A stretch of DNA of 64,000 bases, taken from Antedon mediterranea (taxonomy: Eukaryota; Animalia; Echinodermata). A program made the position numbers and the translations under genes. Position 1 is the stretch's first letter. Each line of letters begins with the position of its first letter. Below the pieces are notes generated by a model. That model was not told the DNA's origin and did not search any database. It saw only the letters and a program-made list of their open reading frames with translations. Where the stretch lies: positions 18,746,101 to 18,810,100 of the forward strand of contig NC_092677.1 of assembly GCF_964355755.1 (NCBI RefSeq). The letters are read 5' to 3'. Below, piece after piece: positions 39,582 to 52,700 of this stretch.

Positions 39582-40882
39582 TAGGTGAAATTACGGGACC
39601 CGCTATTTATTGCGATTTTTAACATGTTGACGGTTTTAAAATGAAACGCGAAGGTAGCAATTCCGAAAGGAAATTATCTCAGCAACAACGTATTAGCGTG
39701 TAGAAGAAATTTGAATACGTGAAATATTGATGCGCGCTCTTTTAAATGTAATGAATTATGACGCAAAAGATGAAAATACGACCTTTTTTATTTAACTGGC
39801 CATATGATGACGTCATAACATCCGATTGGCAATATTTTTACATAATTTCGTATCTACAATCCAATAGCTTCCAGAAAAAGTTTTAATCGTGATTATCACA
39901 TTTTATTCTTACGAGCTATAACAGATTAAAATTTACTGTAAACATGAAATTGATGCCACACGTGATTTAAATTTTTAGGCATGATGACGTCAAAAAAATT
40001 AAAATATTTTTAACTCATGCGAAAGATACTTGATTGACCTAGACAATATCAAAATCGGGGTGAAAATGGAAAACGGATAAGTGGAGATGCGCTCTATTCA
40101 ATGTGATGAGCTATGACGAAAGATACAAAAATCCTAAATTTTATATTCGCGTGGCCATACGATGACGTCACAATGTCCGGTTAGCCATGTTAATACCTGA
40201 TCCGATATCTACAACTCATCTACTTCTAGAATATGTCATCCACAAAAAATTGACCGTCTAGTTTAGAAATTACGACTGTTTAAAAAAAGGCATATTTTAA
40301 ACGAATTTTTTAACCGTTTCATAAAAAACGCGCGCAAATTGTCCAATTCGACGTGCTCGTATGACGTATCTTTAAGTGGAAATTGTTTAAAATTTGGTAA
40401 AATTACTAGAATAGGCTGGAAAAACATAAATCACACGAAAAAAATACGTTTTCAATGCTACGTGCGCACCGCACACGTAAAAATGTGCGCACGCGTGGGA
40501 ATTTTTGACATGCTTAAAACGACATGAAACGCGTAGAAAGTTGATTATAAAATAATTTTGCGCATTTTGAAATTTTAAATGCGCGTGCGCGCGTAACTTT
40601 GTGTAAAACACGCAATTTTTTTTCAACAGAAAGTTAGCGCATGATATAAATTAAACTTTTGCAAAGTTTCAAGTTGAAATGTTATTTGGTTGTCGAGCTA
40701 TGTTAAATACGACAAAATCGTTAAATCGCGCGTAAGTCACGTTGCGCAATTGTAAACATCATGAAAAGCTTCGCTGCACATCTTCATGTGCACGACGATA
40801 TGTTGAGAAAGTTACAAAATGTTATGTTTGCAAGTTTTCGAGAAAAGCGTTCCACAAAAATCATACAGAAAGAAAGAAGAGA

Positions 40883-42480
40883 AACTAGACATGTAACTCG
40901 TCACTTTGACGAGTTAGTTATCCGCACGACAAACGCCACGTGCACGTCATACGTTGGAATATTCCACACAGAAAAAGATTATGGCATTATGACCTGAACT
41001 GATGAATATGATATGTTGTTAGTGCTGAATTCTGTCAATTTTGTGTCATATAGTATATAGTACTTGAAACAGTATAATCTGTATACATTACATACAGTGT
41101 AAAATAGGTGAAATTACGGGACCCCCGTTTATTCCTATTTTTAACATGGCGACGGTATCAAAATGAAACACTAAGATAGCAATTTCGGAAGGATATTATC
41201 TCAGTAATAACATATTAACATGTAGAAGAAATTAGAATACGTAAAATATAGATGCGCGCTCTTTTAAATGTGATGAACTATGACGCAAAAGATGAAAATA
41301 CGACTTTTTTTATTCAACTGGCCATATGATGACGTCACAACGTCGGATTGGAAAAATGTTGACATGAATTCGTATTTACAATGCAATAGCTTCCAGAAAA
41401 CGTTTTAATCATGATTACCGCTTTTTATTCTGACGAGCTATAACAGATTGAAAGTTACTGTAAAGATGAAAATAAGTGACCCACGTTATTTACATTTTTA
41501 GACATGATGACGTCAAAAAAATTAAAATATTTTTAACCCATGCGAAAGGTAGTTGATTGACCTAGAAAATATCACAATCTGGGTTAAAATGAAAAAAGGG
41601 TAAGTGGAGATGCGCTCTATTAAATGTGATGCTCTATGACGAAAGATACAAAAATCCTATATTTTATATTCGCATGGCCATATGTTGACGTCAAAATGTC
41701 CTGTTAGCAATATTGATGCATGATACGATATCTACAACTCATCATCTTCCAGAATACGTAATAAAAATAACTTTTACCGTTTAGTTTAGAAACTAAGACT
41801 GTTTTAAAAAAGGTATAATTTTGACAAATTTTAAGGAATTTTTGAACTTTTTCATCAAAAACGTACGTAAATTATCCAATTCGACGTGCTCGTATGACGT
41901 TAATTTTAAGTCAAAATTGTTTAAAAGTTGGTAAAAGTACTTGAAAAGGCTGGAAAAACATAAATCACGAGAAAAAAATTGTTTTCAACGCTACGTGCGC
42001 ACAGCGCGCGTAAAAATATGCGCTCGTGTGGGAATTTTTGACATGCTCAAAATGACATAAAACGCGTAGAAAGTTGTTTAGAAATTGATTTTTCGCATTT
42101 TGAAATTTTAAACGAGCGTGCGCGCGTAACTTCGTGTGAAACATGCCATTTTTTTCCCACAGTCAGTTAGCGCAAGATATAACTTAAAGTTTTTCTAAGT
42201 TTCAAATTAAAATGTTATATTGTTTTCGATCTATGTTAAATACGCGAAATTCATAAAAACGCGCGTAAGTCACGTTGCGCAACTCTGACGTCATTCACAA
42301 TAGCAGGTGCACAACTTCACATGAATGTCCACATGTTGACAAAGTTATAAAATGTTATGTTTACACGTTTTTGAGTTACGCGTGACACAAAAATGACAGA
42401 AAGAAAGAAGAATACAGAAAAAAAAAAGATGATGAAACAGGACAGTTACAAGGAGTTATCCGCTGAATGCGGATAACTAA
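40883..42480 (-). mobile_element. Helentron/HINE-like copy H (diverged subfamily, 3' region resembles copy A)
   Basis: AACTAG terminus with AGTTATCCGC; own 5' hairpin AGTTATCCGC..GCGGATAACT at 42454-42478; followed by an E/F/G-type 5' end at 42481-42553. Confidence 0.85.
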
Positions 42481-43369
42481 TAAAAAGTTGATGTTGATGA
42501 TGATTTCGTACAATCACAAGAGGTTATCCTGCAACTTCGTTGCGGATAACCAAAAAACGTACATATATGTAATTATTTTAACCAAAAATGGCGTAGTTAA
42601 TAGAATTGTCGACTGAGGCCGCAAATTGTTTTACTTCTTTCGTGGCTAAAAACGATCATTTTCGGCGATGTTTTAGACCCTATATTTCGAAAACTACAAG
42701 TCAGATTTTCCTAATTCTTTCTTTATTGTAATATGAATACAACATACTAACAGATAATGTTGGTTTGGTTTTAATTTTGCATCGTTATCCCATATAAGAC
42801 AATATGATCTATGTAATCCTAGAACATATATTGATCAGAGACGTCGTGTATGTACAGATAATGACACCAATTTTGTCGGCAAATTGGCAATTCCCGGCCC
42901 CCCCCCCCCCCCCAACTTCAAAATCCTGGATACGCCACTGATCGGACTAGCGGCCATTAACCAGATGACGAGACCACTAGATGAAAGCTTTCTTTTTTGG
43001 GAGTTAGTAACCGACAAGATGTAGAAGCTTACAAACAAGCAAAAATCCATTGCTCAAATTAACATTTTACAGGAAAAATAACACAATATTTATGTTTTGT
43101 ATAGCAATAACATTTAGATGATTTGTATTACTAATACTATCATATATAGATATATCAATCATTGTTATCTTTGTTTATGTTTTTTTTTTACAATTTATTT
43201 TTTACATTTTTTGTTTACAATGACATTAGCAGAGAAAGGGAATTTAGACATACAGTACCTCACCACCTACTCAACTGTTTTCGTACTAAGATGGTTGTAA
43301 ACGGCTCTATTTTAAACTTGTTGACATCTAGTGCTTGAATCTTCTTTATAGATATTTATTGAACTAGCC

Positions 43370-43755
43370 TGTTTCTGAAAGAATTACATTGGTTGCCAGT
43401 TGAACAAAGGGTTAAGTTTAAAATTTTAGTTCAAGTTTATACTTGCGTAAATGGTCAAGCACCGGTTTACATGTGTGACTTAATTAGTAGGTACAATTGT
43501 CAAAGAGAACACGATTCGACTAAACTCAATGTTCCTCGTGTTCACCGATCATCTGGTGAACGTTAATTTTCAAAGCTAGGCCCAGACCTTTGGAATAACC
43601 TTTCAAGCACAATTCGTGACTCATCTTCAATTATAATTTTCAAAAAAACTCTTGAAAACCCATCTTTTCCCGAAATAATTATGTTCACCAGATGATTGGT
43701 CATTGTAAAGCGCTTTGATCCTTGTAAAGGCACTATATAAATTGTAATGTAATGA
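43370..43755 (+). mobile_element. 3' end of L2-group LINE
   Basis: LKELHWLPVEQRVKFKILVQVYTCVNGQAPVYMCDLI...GPDLWNNLSSTIR...LKTHLF; tail GTAAAGCGCTTTGA...CTATATAAAT. Confidence 0.8.
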
Positions 43756-46700
43756 GCTGCCTCTGTTTTATTTATTTTTTTCGATAAAATTGTAAAAATC
43801 ATTTACAGCAAGCATATATATTCCATAAAATATATGTGATTGATTTGTTTGTAGTTGAAGAGTTGGTGTTGTTCAGTTTATTTCAAAATGGCAGCTGCAT
43901 AAATCAACTCGATGACCTATTAAAATATAGGTTGAACCTTAACAAGTATATATATATATTTTGTTTAACACCAGAGAGTTTGAACAATAGGTGTTTGTAA
44001 AATGTTGGAGTGCACCTTTCTACACATCTATGTGGTTTTGATTTATTTATTGTAGGCATACCCAGCACAAGATACCCACATCTTCTCAGGATTATGCCTT
44101 CCTCCATAGCCTCTTTTCTTTTGTCCATCCAACAATCATCAATATCCATCATTTCTGTATACTATTTTGTATTGTTTTGCTATGGTGGAAAATAAATGTC
44201 TTTTTAAATGAAAATTGTAAATGAAAGCAGCAGATTGCTTGAAAAAAACGTAGAACAGTAGGTTGGTTATAAAACCAGCAATTAATCGTTTGTTGACGAT
44301 GATAACCTTTGTAAAAACTGATCCCTCACACAAAATTGTCTCCTTGTTATTTTTATTTATTCGGTATATATACTCAAAATGCAACAGAAGTTGAAATTCT
44401 TATGAGTTTACAAAAAAAATGACAAACACAATAAAAAAAACGTTAAGCGTATACAAGAACTATGGTAGCATCTTATATATTTATAACAAAGCACAAAGTT
44501 AAACTTAATCATTACTATACAGTATAATATTAAAATTATAAATATCAATCATTATTCAACATATACAAATATACAGGGTTAAAATTAGTTATTATTATGT
44601 TTTCTTTCCTTTTCATAATAGGTATAAACAATACAAATTCTTGCCAAGTTTATTAAACTTGGAGGCATTTTTAGCACTATGTTCTATGTTGAATTTCATG
44701 TTATATCTTTATGGAAAAGACGAGAGACTTTAACTCTATAGTACAATACATAATATTAAAATAAAAATACATACACATTTTATTAAAACATCCAATGAAA
44801 ACGTGCTAAACAGAGGCCCCTATTATTCCCACACCTATTATGGGATCAGTATCGTGTTTACAACGGTTCAGTTTGAGCTGTATTGTAAAAGTAACCATGC
44901 TTGTACTGCCTCACTATTACTTGCCTAATTCTAAAATCAAATTATTTCTTTCTCATAAAATACACAGAAAGCATTTGCATATAAAAATATCCAGGAGTTA
45001 TTTAAAGTTCTAGGTTTGTCCTAAGTCTATTCTCTCTATTTATATGGCATTTTATGAAATAAATGTTTGTTAAATAAAGGTTTTGTGCTAGGCTACTTGC
45101 TCACCAACAAATTAGTATTTGATATCTACTATGAGGTCATTCTATATAAATCAGAATACACACCCATGCTTGTAGTATATGTTTAAATTGGTGTACATGA
45201 TTGATGTCTCTGAGAGTATATGGTAGAACTACATTTTTATCAGGACAGTAGCTACCGATCCTCATTCATACCAAAATATTTACCAATGGATGTTGCTTGC
45301 ATCACTTGTACAGAAAATTGCCTGACCAAGTTGAATTTGCAGAGAAGGGATGGAAGACACTTATAATAGTGTTAAGTTTAAAATGCAGTGATGGCTTCCA
45401 TGAGTTATTTGAGAAGGCAACACTACTATGAATCCATGTCATCTGTCGCACATTGCACTAAGATTAAGAAATGCTCTAAAGTATCTGCAAAAAGAAAATC
45501 CTTCTGTCTTGAAGAAGAAGATGTATCTCAAGGTCAAGAGCTTCAAAAACATTCGACATGCAAAATGATTGTATTCTACTCGAAGATGATAACTCCAGAC
45601 CTTAAACTCAAAACAAAACTGAAAGTATACACCAAGAATCATTTCAGAATTTCAGAAGCTTTTGTGCATTTCTTGATGATAGCAGTGGATGACACATTCC
45701 AGGGGAATGGAAGTTACTCTAATAAGCATTTCAGTAGTAGGAGTAGCATGAAAAGAATTAGGGAAACCTTACTCAGATGTCAGAACTTTCGCCGGCATAC
45801 AGCTAACCAAAGAAAAGACCATATAAAATTTATTTTACTGGACATAACAGTCAAATATATAGGCAGCTACAAGCAAATTTTGAGTGAGATACCTTAGATG
45901 GTATGAATTCTACTACCGTAAATGTTTATATTTTATAAAGAATTAACTACGAGATACTAATTAATAAGCAGTTTCATTTTGTATTATTAGATGCACTTTG
46001 AAGAAATAAAATTTATCAAAACTGATGCTGTTTTATTTATTAAGACACAGATTCCCAAACATAAAAAATCTTGAAGAAATAGAAAAAATTAATCTTATGA
46101 CCCACACCTTTTGCTAACTTCAAACATGGCAACATTCAATGAAGAAGTTAAATAATGCAAAATGAAAAATAATCAAATACATCATCAAGGCTTGGCTACT
46201 TTTCAAAGCTAAAATATCTGCTGAATTTAGATGATTTAGCAAAATATCCATTGCATTAGGAATGTTAGCAAAAAGCAAAGTTAAATAAAGCAAAGAAAGT
46301 CAATTGTGATATCTTGGTGAAGAGAAGACTAGAGGAAAGAATGTTCAAAGACCAACTTTACACACTAGAGACAAAAAACACAATGGTTTACCTTGATACA
46401 ATAAAGAGCACACTACAAATTAATTTGCATGAGGAAAAAAACGTTATAACCTTCTTATTGATAAGCATTTGCAATTTCCATCCATTTGAACGCTGCAACG
46501 ACATCCCATTTGAACCTGGTATAGACATGGTGTTCAAATTAATGAAAGTAAAAGTTTCCAAAATGCAAAACCATAGAGCCGATATGCTGTCTCACACTGG
46601 ACAAGATGAGTATCACAATTTAATACAATCGATGAGTGAAGTGATACTTTGGAATGCGACGCTCTCTGGTAACTCTGGTGTAGCCCCACATGGTTTTCAT

Positions 46701-46849
46701 GATAAGATTCATTTTTAACAACTGCATTGTTTATTCAACAAGTAAATCATTAGTTCGATTTAATTCAATTTAGGCTAATCATTCTCTAGTAATGGCATTT
46801 AAGCAAATTAAATAAGAAGTATAATTAAGCTACATCATTCCTGGAGGCA

Positions 46850-48595
46850 TTTGCAATATGATCATAGGAGCATTACTGTAAAACTAAAAAGAATGGAAGC
46901 CAATGCAAACGCTCACAACCTTCGTACTAGAAGTTCAACACAAACTCAGTCAAAGATTGAAGTTCCCATTAACATCCTGATTGACACAGGATTGCTTGGA
47001 AAATCTCTGTTTACCAAATCACTAAAGTTTAATTTCGCCCTGAAAATAATTGCAAGAACACCATATTTGAAAACAGTATCTACTGGTAGCTAAAATCAGG
47101 ACAATGGTGAAATCTGTTGTGCAACATCATGAGGTTGGCGATTGCTTTTATATATCAATCAAAAGTACACGGCATAGATAATTCTGAGCTTAACAGCTTA
47201 TTTTAATTAAATGGATATACTGTGTATTTAAATTTTCAATTTAAAACTACAATGACACCAGATTCCATTGATACATTGAAGCTTACTGGGCATAGTTTGA
47301 TTTAAAAAGCTGAATGATCTTTAGAGAAATTGAGAAGAATCATTCCTTAAAGAAAAATATGTAAAATGAAAAATATTTAAACTTGCTGAAATAAATGACT
47401 ACACTTCCTTTGGTCGAAAGAAGTTAGAAAAATGAATGAAGGTTCATAACTTTGGCTTCAAAGCAGCAATGGCGAACATGAATTTGGAGAGGCTGCTGCA
47501 AACTTCTATAAAGATATAGATTTTTATGTCGACAATGGACTGTTCAAAAGACATGCTACCTTGTCTTGCCTTTGTGTAATGGCAGCTGGTTAAAAACTGC
47601 AAATTAAAGTTGAGTTTTAATTCCAAAGAGGCCCATGCTGTTTTTATTTATTTATTATTAAACAACACCCGTGAGAGTATTAAAGATAATTAGAGATTAT
47701 ATGGGAGAAAATGTAAACACTGGTATTTATTGTTGCCCACCACGAAAATGAAAATGAAGTTGGTATAATCGCTGACTTCAGTAAAAATTAAACTTCAATT
47801 CAGAAAGTGGCAATTCAATGTGTGTGACGAATCAGAAAATCACTACTGCTTTGGGAGCAGAAGAGTTGTAATAACTTTTTTTAAATTTGCTAGAGAATAT
47901 AAAAGCCTTTTCGATCGCTGGTGAAGATTACACTCTAATTATAACAATGATTAAACTCTAAATCTCAAAGATGTGAACAGAACTGTTGAAATTGAAAAGA
48001 AAGGTTCAGATACGGATTATCTACCACCAGAACCATGGAGTGAGTGAGCCTTGAACCCCTGCCGATGTTATGGCTAGGTAATTACGGTTCCACTGTCTTA
48101 ACCGCTCGGCCACTCACTCACTTGTGAAGATAAAATAGCCAAGGACGAAGAACAGTGTAGCTCAATTTGTATCACTCCTGTCGCAAAGCAAAGTCAACCC
48201 GTTCAACGTCGTCCGAAGCGAAATTCTAAACTACCACGCAGATATGAAGCTTTTAAAATGGACTGAACTATTATGTAACTGAACTGTTATAATAATTCTC
48301 ATGTTAAAGATACTTTACCTTCATTCAAAGCTAAATATCTTAAAGGGTGTCAGTATAGTAATAGTATCCTGTCTAGCGCCCTCTATATATATGTTGATTG
48401 TCCCCTATATATATAATGGACTAACCCTCTGACCCGTAAGGTCAGATCCAGCATGGTCTGGGAGACATCTTGGTTCTCAGGTAGATACACATTGTTCATG
48501 CGTTTACACTTGCTCAATAAAACCAGGGAAGAGTTAAATTACTCTTCCCTGCTCTTACTGATGAAACCTACTTCTACGTTGTAATCACACTCGTA
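46850..48595 (+). mobile_element. Heavily decayed Gypsy-like LTR retrotransposon remnant with 3' LTR
   Basis: Protease-like INILIDTG (~46970); RNase H-like CD-x-S..LGA remnant (~47820-47860); integrase-tail-like QPVQRRPKRNSKLPRRYEAFKMD* (to 48266); AAAGGG then TGT at 48348; TATA tract ~48406; AATAAA ~48516. Confidence 0.6.
48005..48119 (-). mobile_element. tRNA-derived SINE 5' part
   Basis: Minus strand GAGTGAGTGGCCGAGCGGTTAAGAC...GGGGTTCAAGGCTCACTCACTCC: A box, B-box-like motif and acceptor-stem pairing, but irregular anticodon arm. Confidence 0.65.
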
Positions 48596-49749
48596 CAAAC
48601 AGATTAAAGAAATTATTGGTAAAATTAAAATTCAATCTTCTAGTTTAAAATTGACAAGAATAACACTAAAAAAATGATATGCACGGCACTGAAAGACACC
48701 ATAGAATGATTAGAGCAGATTTTTATTTCGCCCAACTTCAATGAAGAGAAACTAGTAACAAATTATTACTATTAGAGTTTAACTGACTGGGTTTTTATTT
48801 AGTTTAATCATGGAGTTCATGGTTTAATTGAGTAAACCAATTTTGCAGATTGACAAAAAAAGAAATTACTGAGGCAAACAACATTGCATTTGCTTCTTTA
48901 AACAAGAATTTTGATGAAAAAGAGCTTTACAATCTATAATTTTATAGGGAAAGTACCCTTATTGGAAAAAACTTCGGATAAATACTATAAGTGTTCTTTA
49001 GTAGGGAACTAAGATAAGTATAAGTTGTTTTTTAATCAGGTTTAGTTTTACAGGGCAGGTTAAAATATGAAAGATTGAGATGAGTGGGTACATTTTTTTC
49101 TGTTTGCTGCTCCTGAAGCATTCCAAGATTCTTTGGCCTTTAGTCCCTTGAACTAGTCTTTGGAAACAATGTGGTCCTTTACTTTTTTTTATATAATTCT
49201 TCGACCACTGAATTTATTAGAGTATGTAAGGATACTTCTGACCTAGCAAAGGAAAACCTAGTTAATCCCCAGAGTCAGATGAAACAGACATGGTCTTAGA
49301 GCCTGTTTCTGCTGCATAAAAATAACTGGTTAAAATTGGTGTGAATAAATAAAAATCGGTGTGATACTCCATTTTCTTGGGAGTAAAAACAGTACAAATT
49401 TGACTATAGAAATAGACAAAAGCGGAATACAGTAGGCAGGTAATCAATATACAAAAGAAAAACAAAACACCTGTATTAATTTTTAAAATAGAAAAATAGA
49501 TGAAATCAGTGTCCTCAGTAGTCCTTGATGACTCAATAACTGTTGTTGCCTATATTTAAAGCCTATAAAAGATTAATTTTTAGGTACCTATAAGGGTTAG
49601 TAATAATACTAGCACTTTATCAATATCACTGCATGCTTATTTGGCACAAAGAATGCTGGCTCAGAGATTCCACTGAAGGCTGATCAATGAGATTATCAAG
49701 GATCAACTGATATGATGATATCATTATCTATACCGACACTTGGCAAGAT

Positions 49750-52700
49750 CACCTATAATACTGAATGAATTAATTAAATCTTACATTTAATTTCAAACAA
49801 TCTGTCATTACTTTACGAAACAATAAAAGTAACTCTTTTATTATATTTCACCAACACTGAGTGACAGGAATAAATTAATAGATATTTCATATTTATCGTA
49901 CAGTATAAACATATATTAAGGTATATCCACCTTGAGTATGAAAGATATTCCTGAATGAATTACGGTAATGAAATCTTACATTTAATTTCAAACAATCTTG
50001 CATTACTTTCAGAAACAATAAAAGTAACTCTCTTTTAACTCTCTCAAAAAATCTCACAATTCTTTATGATACAATAAAAGTAACCCTCTTTTAATATTTC
50101 ACCGACACTGACCGGAATAAATATATAGGAATGTCATATTTATCAAACTTGCAAACATATTAAGGTATATCTACCTTGAGTATAAAAGATATGCCTGAAT
50201 GAATTAATTAATTAAATCTGGACATTTCATTTCAAACAATCTTACATTACTATACGACACAATAAAAGTAACTCTCTTTTAATATTTCACAGACAGGAAT
50301 AAGAATGTCATATTTATCAACTTGCAAACATATTAAGGTATATCTACCTTGAGTATGAAAGATATTCCTGAATGAATTAATTAAATCTGGATATTTAGTT
50401 TCAAACAATCTTACATTACTGTACGATACAATAAAAGTAACTCTCTTTTTATATTTCACCAACACTGAGTGACAGGAATAAATATATAGGAATGTCACAT
50501 TTATCAAACTTGCAAACATATTAAGGTATATCTACCTTGAGTATGAAAGATATTCCTGAATGAATTAATTAAATCTGGACATTTAATTTCACAAAATCTT
50601 ACATTACTATAAGACACAATAAAAGTAACTCTCTTTTAATATTTCACAGACAGGAATAAGAATGTCATATTTATCAACTTGCAAACATATTAAGGTATAT
50701 CTACCTTGAGTATGAAAGATATTCCTGAATGAATTAATTAAATCTGGATATTTAGTTTCAAACAATCTTACATTACTGTACGATACAATAAAAGTAACTC
50801 TCTTTTTATATTTCACCAACACTGAGTGACAGGAATAAATATATAGGAATGTCACATTTATCAAACTTGCAAACATATTAAGGTATATCTACCTTGAGTA
50901 TGAAAGATATTCCTGAATGAATTAATTAAATCTGGACATTTAATTTCACAAAATCTTACATTACTATAAGACACAATAAAAGTAACTCTCTTTTAATATT
51001 TCACAGACAGGAATAAGAATGTCATATTTATCAACTTGCAAACATATTAAGGTATATCTACCTTGAGTATGAAAGATATTCCTGAATGAATTAATTAAAT
51101 CTGGATATTTAATTTCAAACAATCTTACATTACTGTACGAAACAATAAAAGTAACTCTTTTATTATATTTCACCAACACTGAGTGACAGGAATAAATTAA
51201 TAGATATTTCATATTTATCGTACAGTATAAACATATATTAAGGTATATCCACCTTGAGTATGAAAGATATTCCTGAATGAATTACGGTAATGAAATCTTA
51301 CATTTAATTTCAAACAATCTGTCATTACTTTACGAAACAATAAAAGTAACTCTTTTATTATATTTCACCAACACTGAGTGACAGGAATAAATTAATAGAT
51401 ATTTCATATTTATCGTACAGTATAAACATATATTAAGGTATATCCACCTTGAGTATGAAAGATATTCCTGAATGAATTACGGTAATGAAATCTTACATTT
51501 AATTTCAAACAATCTTGCATTACTTTCAGAAACAATAAAAGTAACTCTCTTTTAACTCTCTCACTGACCAGAATAAATATATATATAAATTCAGTGCGAT
51601 CTGATCAGGCTTTCCTCTTGGTGTGATCTAAATGAAATGGAGCTTAACTTAAATAAAACCAAGGTTCTCCACATTACAAGATCAAGGAAAGAGTATAGAC
51701 CTGTTTATCGTATAAATGACTTGCCTATTAAATCCGTATCTAGTCATTGTCATCTGGGGGTCACGATTAATAGTGAACTTACTTGGGATGACCATGTAAA
51801 CTTAATTATTTCTCGTTCAAATCGAATGTTGGGTTTTATTACTAGTATTGCAGGAGGATCACCCCTTCAGCTATTTTCTCACTCTATAAAGCTCTCATTG
51901 TGCCCATCCTTGAATATGGTGTCCCAGCGTGGTTGCCTCGAACCAAAAAACTTACAGAACGTATCGAGGCAGTCCAGCGAAGGGCTACTAGGCTTGTCCT
52001 TAAACAAACAAGAGGTGAAATAGAATACGAGGAACGTCTCACTAAGCTAAATTGGCCTACACTATCTAATCGAAGAAATTATCTTCTGTTATCCTTTGTT
52101 TGTAAATCACTTATTGGAACGGTTGATTGTAGTAGTGTTCGTCAATCTTTAGTTGTTAATGGCCGTCACCTTGATACACTTAAGTTCATTCATCACTATG
52201 CTCGAACCAATTGTCTTCATCATTCCGCTATTAATATATTCCCTAGGTTGTGGGAAGAATTACCGGAAATGATTAAAAATTCTTTAATTTTAGACAGTTT
52301 TCAAATATTTTTAAATTCACTTAAATCACATGTTTTATATTGACTTTGTTGAATCGACTATTATGTATTTTATAAGTTTATTTTATATTGACACTGTTGA
52401 TTCGTCTATTTGTTTTTTAAATATTTTTATATAGTTTATTTTATATCATTGTTGTTACTTTGGGAGTACGGAACCTGAACTCTTGTTATAGTGATTAGGT
52501 TCACTTTTAGGTTCCTGCCTACTCCCTTAGTTTCTGTGTTTTGTTTGTTTGTAACTGGTTTTTTTGGCAATAAATAATAATAATAATAATAATAATAATA
52601 TAGGAATGTCATATTTATCAACTTATAAACATATTAAGGTATATCTACCTTGAGTATGAAAGATATTCCTGTATGAATTAATTAAATCTGGACATTTAAT

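Larger units (their letters stand above)
36504..40882 (-). mobile_element. Helentron/HINE-like copy F, split by a Helitron (pieces 36504-36725 and 39582-40882)
   Basis: Copy E sequence CAGTGTAGAA|TAGGTGAAATTACGGG is split exactly at 36725/39582. Confidence 0.85.
29314..42940. mobile_element. Non-autonomous hAT-type element hosting nested insertions
   Basis: Perfect 15-bp TIR CAGTGGCGTATCCAG (29314) / CTGGATACGCCACTG (42926-42940); 8-bp TSD ATCGGACT at 29306-29313 and 42941-42948; G-rich and C-rich subtermini. Confidence 0.92.

Noticed and set aside
30141-42553. Rep/helicase, endonuclease or Fanzor/TnpB cargo in the Helentron-like copies
   Set aside because: No ORF reaches 100 aa and no HUH, helicase or RuvC motifs were seen; all copies appear non-autonomous.
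45290-46718. ORFs 45388..45897 and 46314..46718 as host genes
   Set aside because: No recognisable intact domain or consistent splice structure; at most decayed transposon coding remnants that I cannot assign.
48037-48119. Functional tRNA gene
   Set aside because: Anticodon and T arms are irregular and it lies inside a decayed LTR element; treated as a SINE head.
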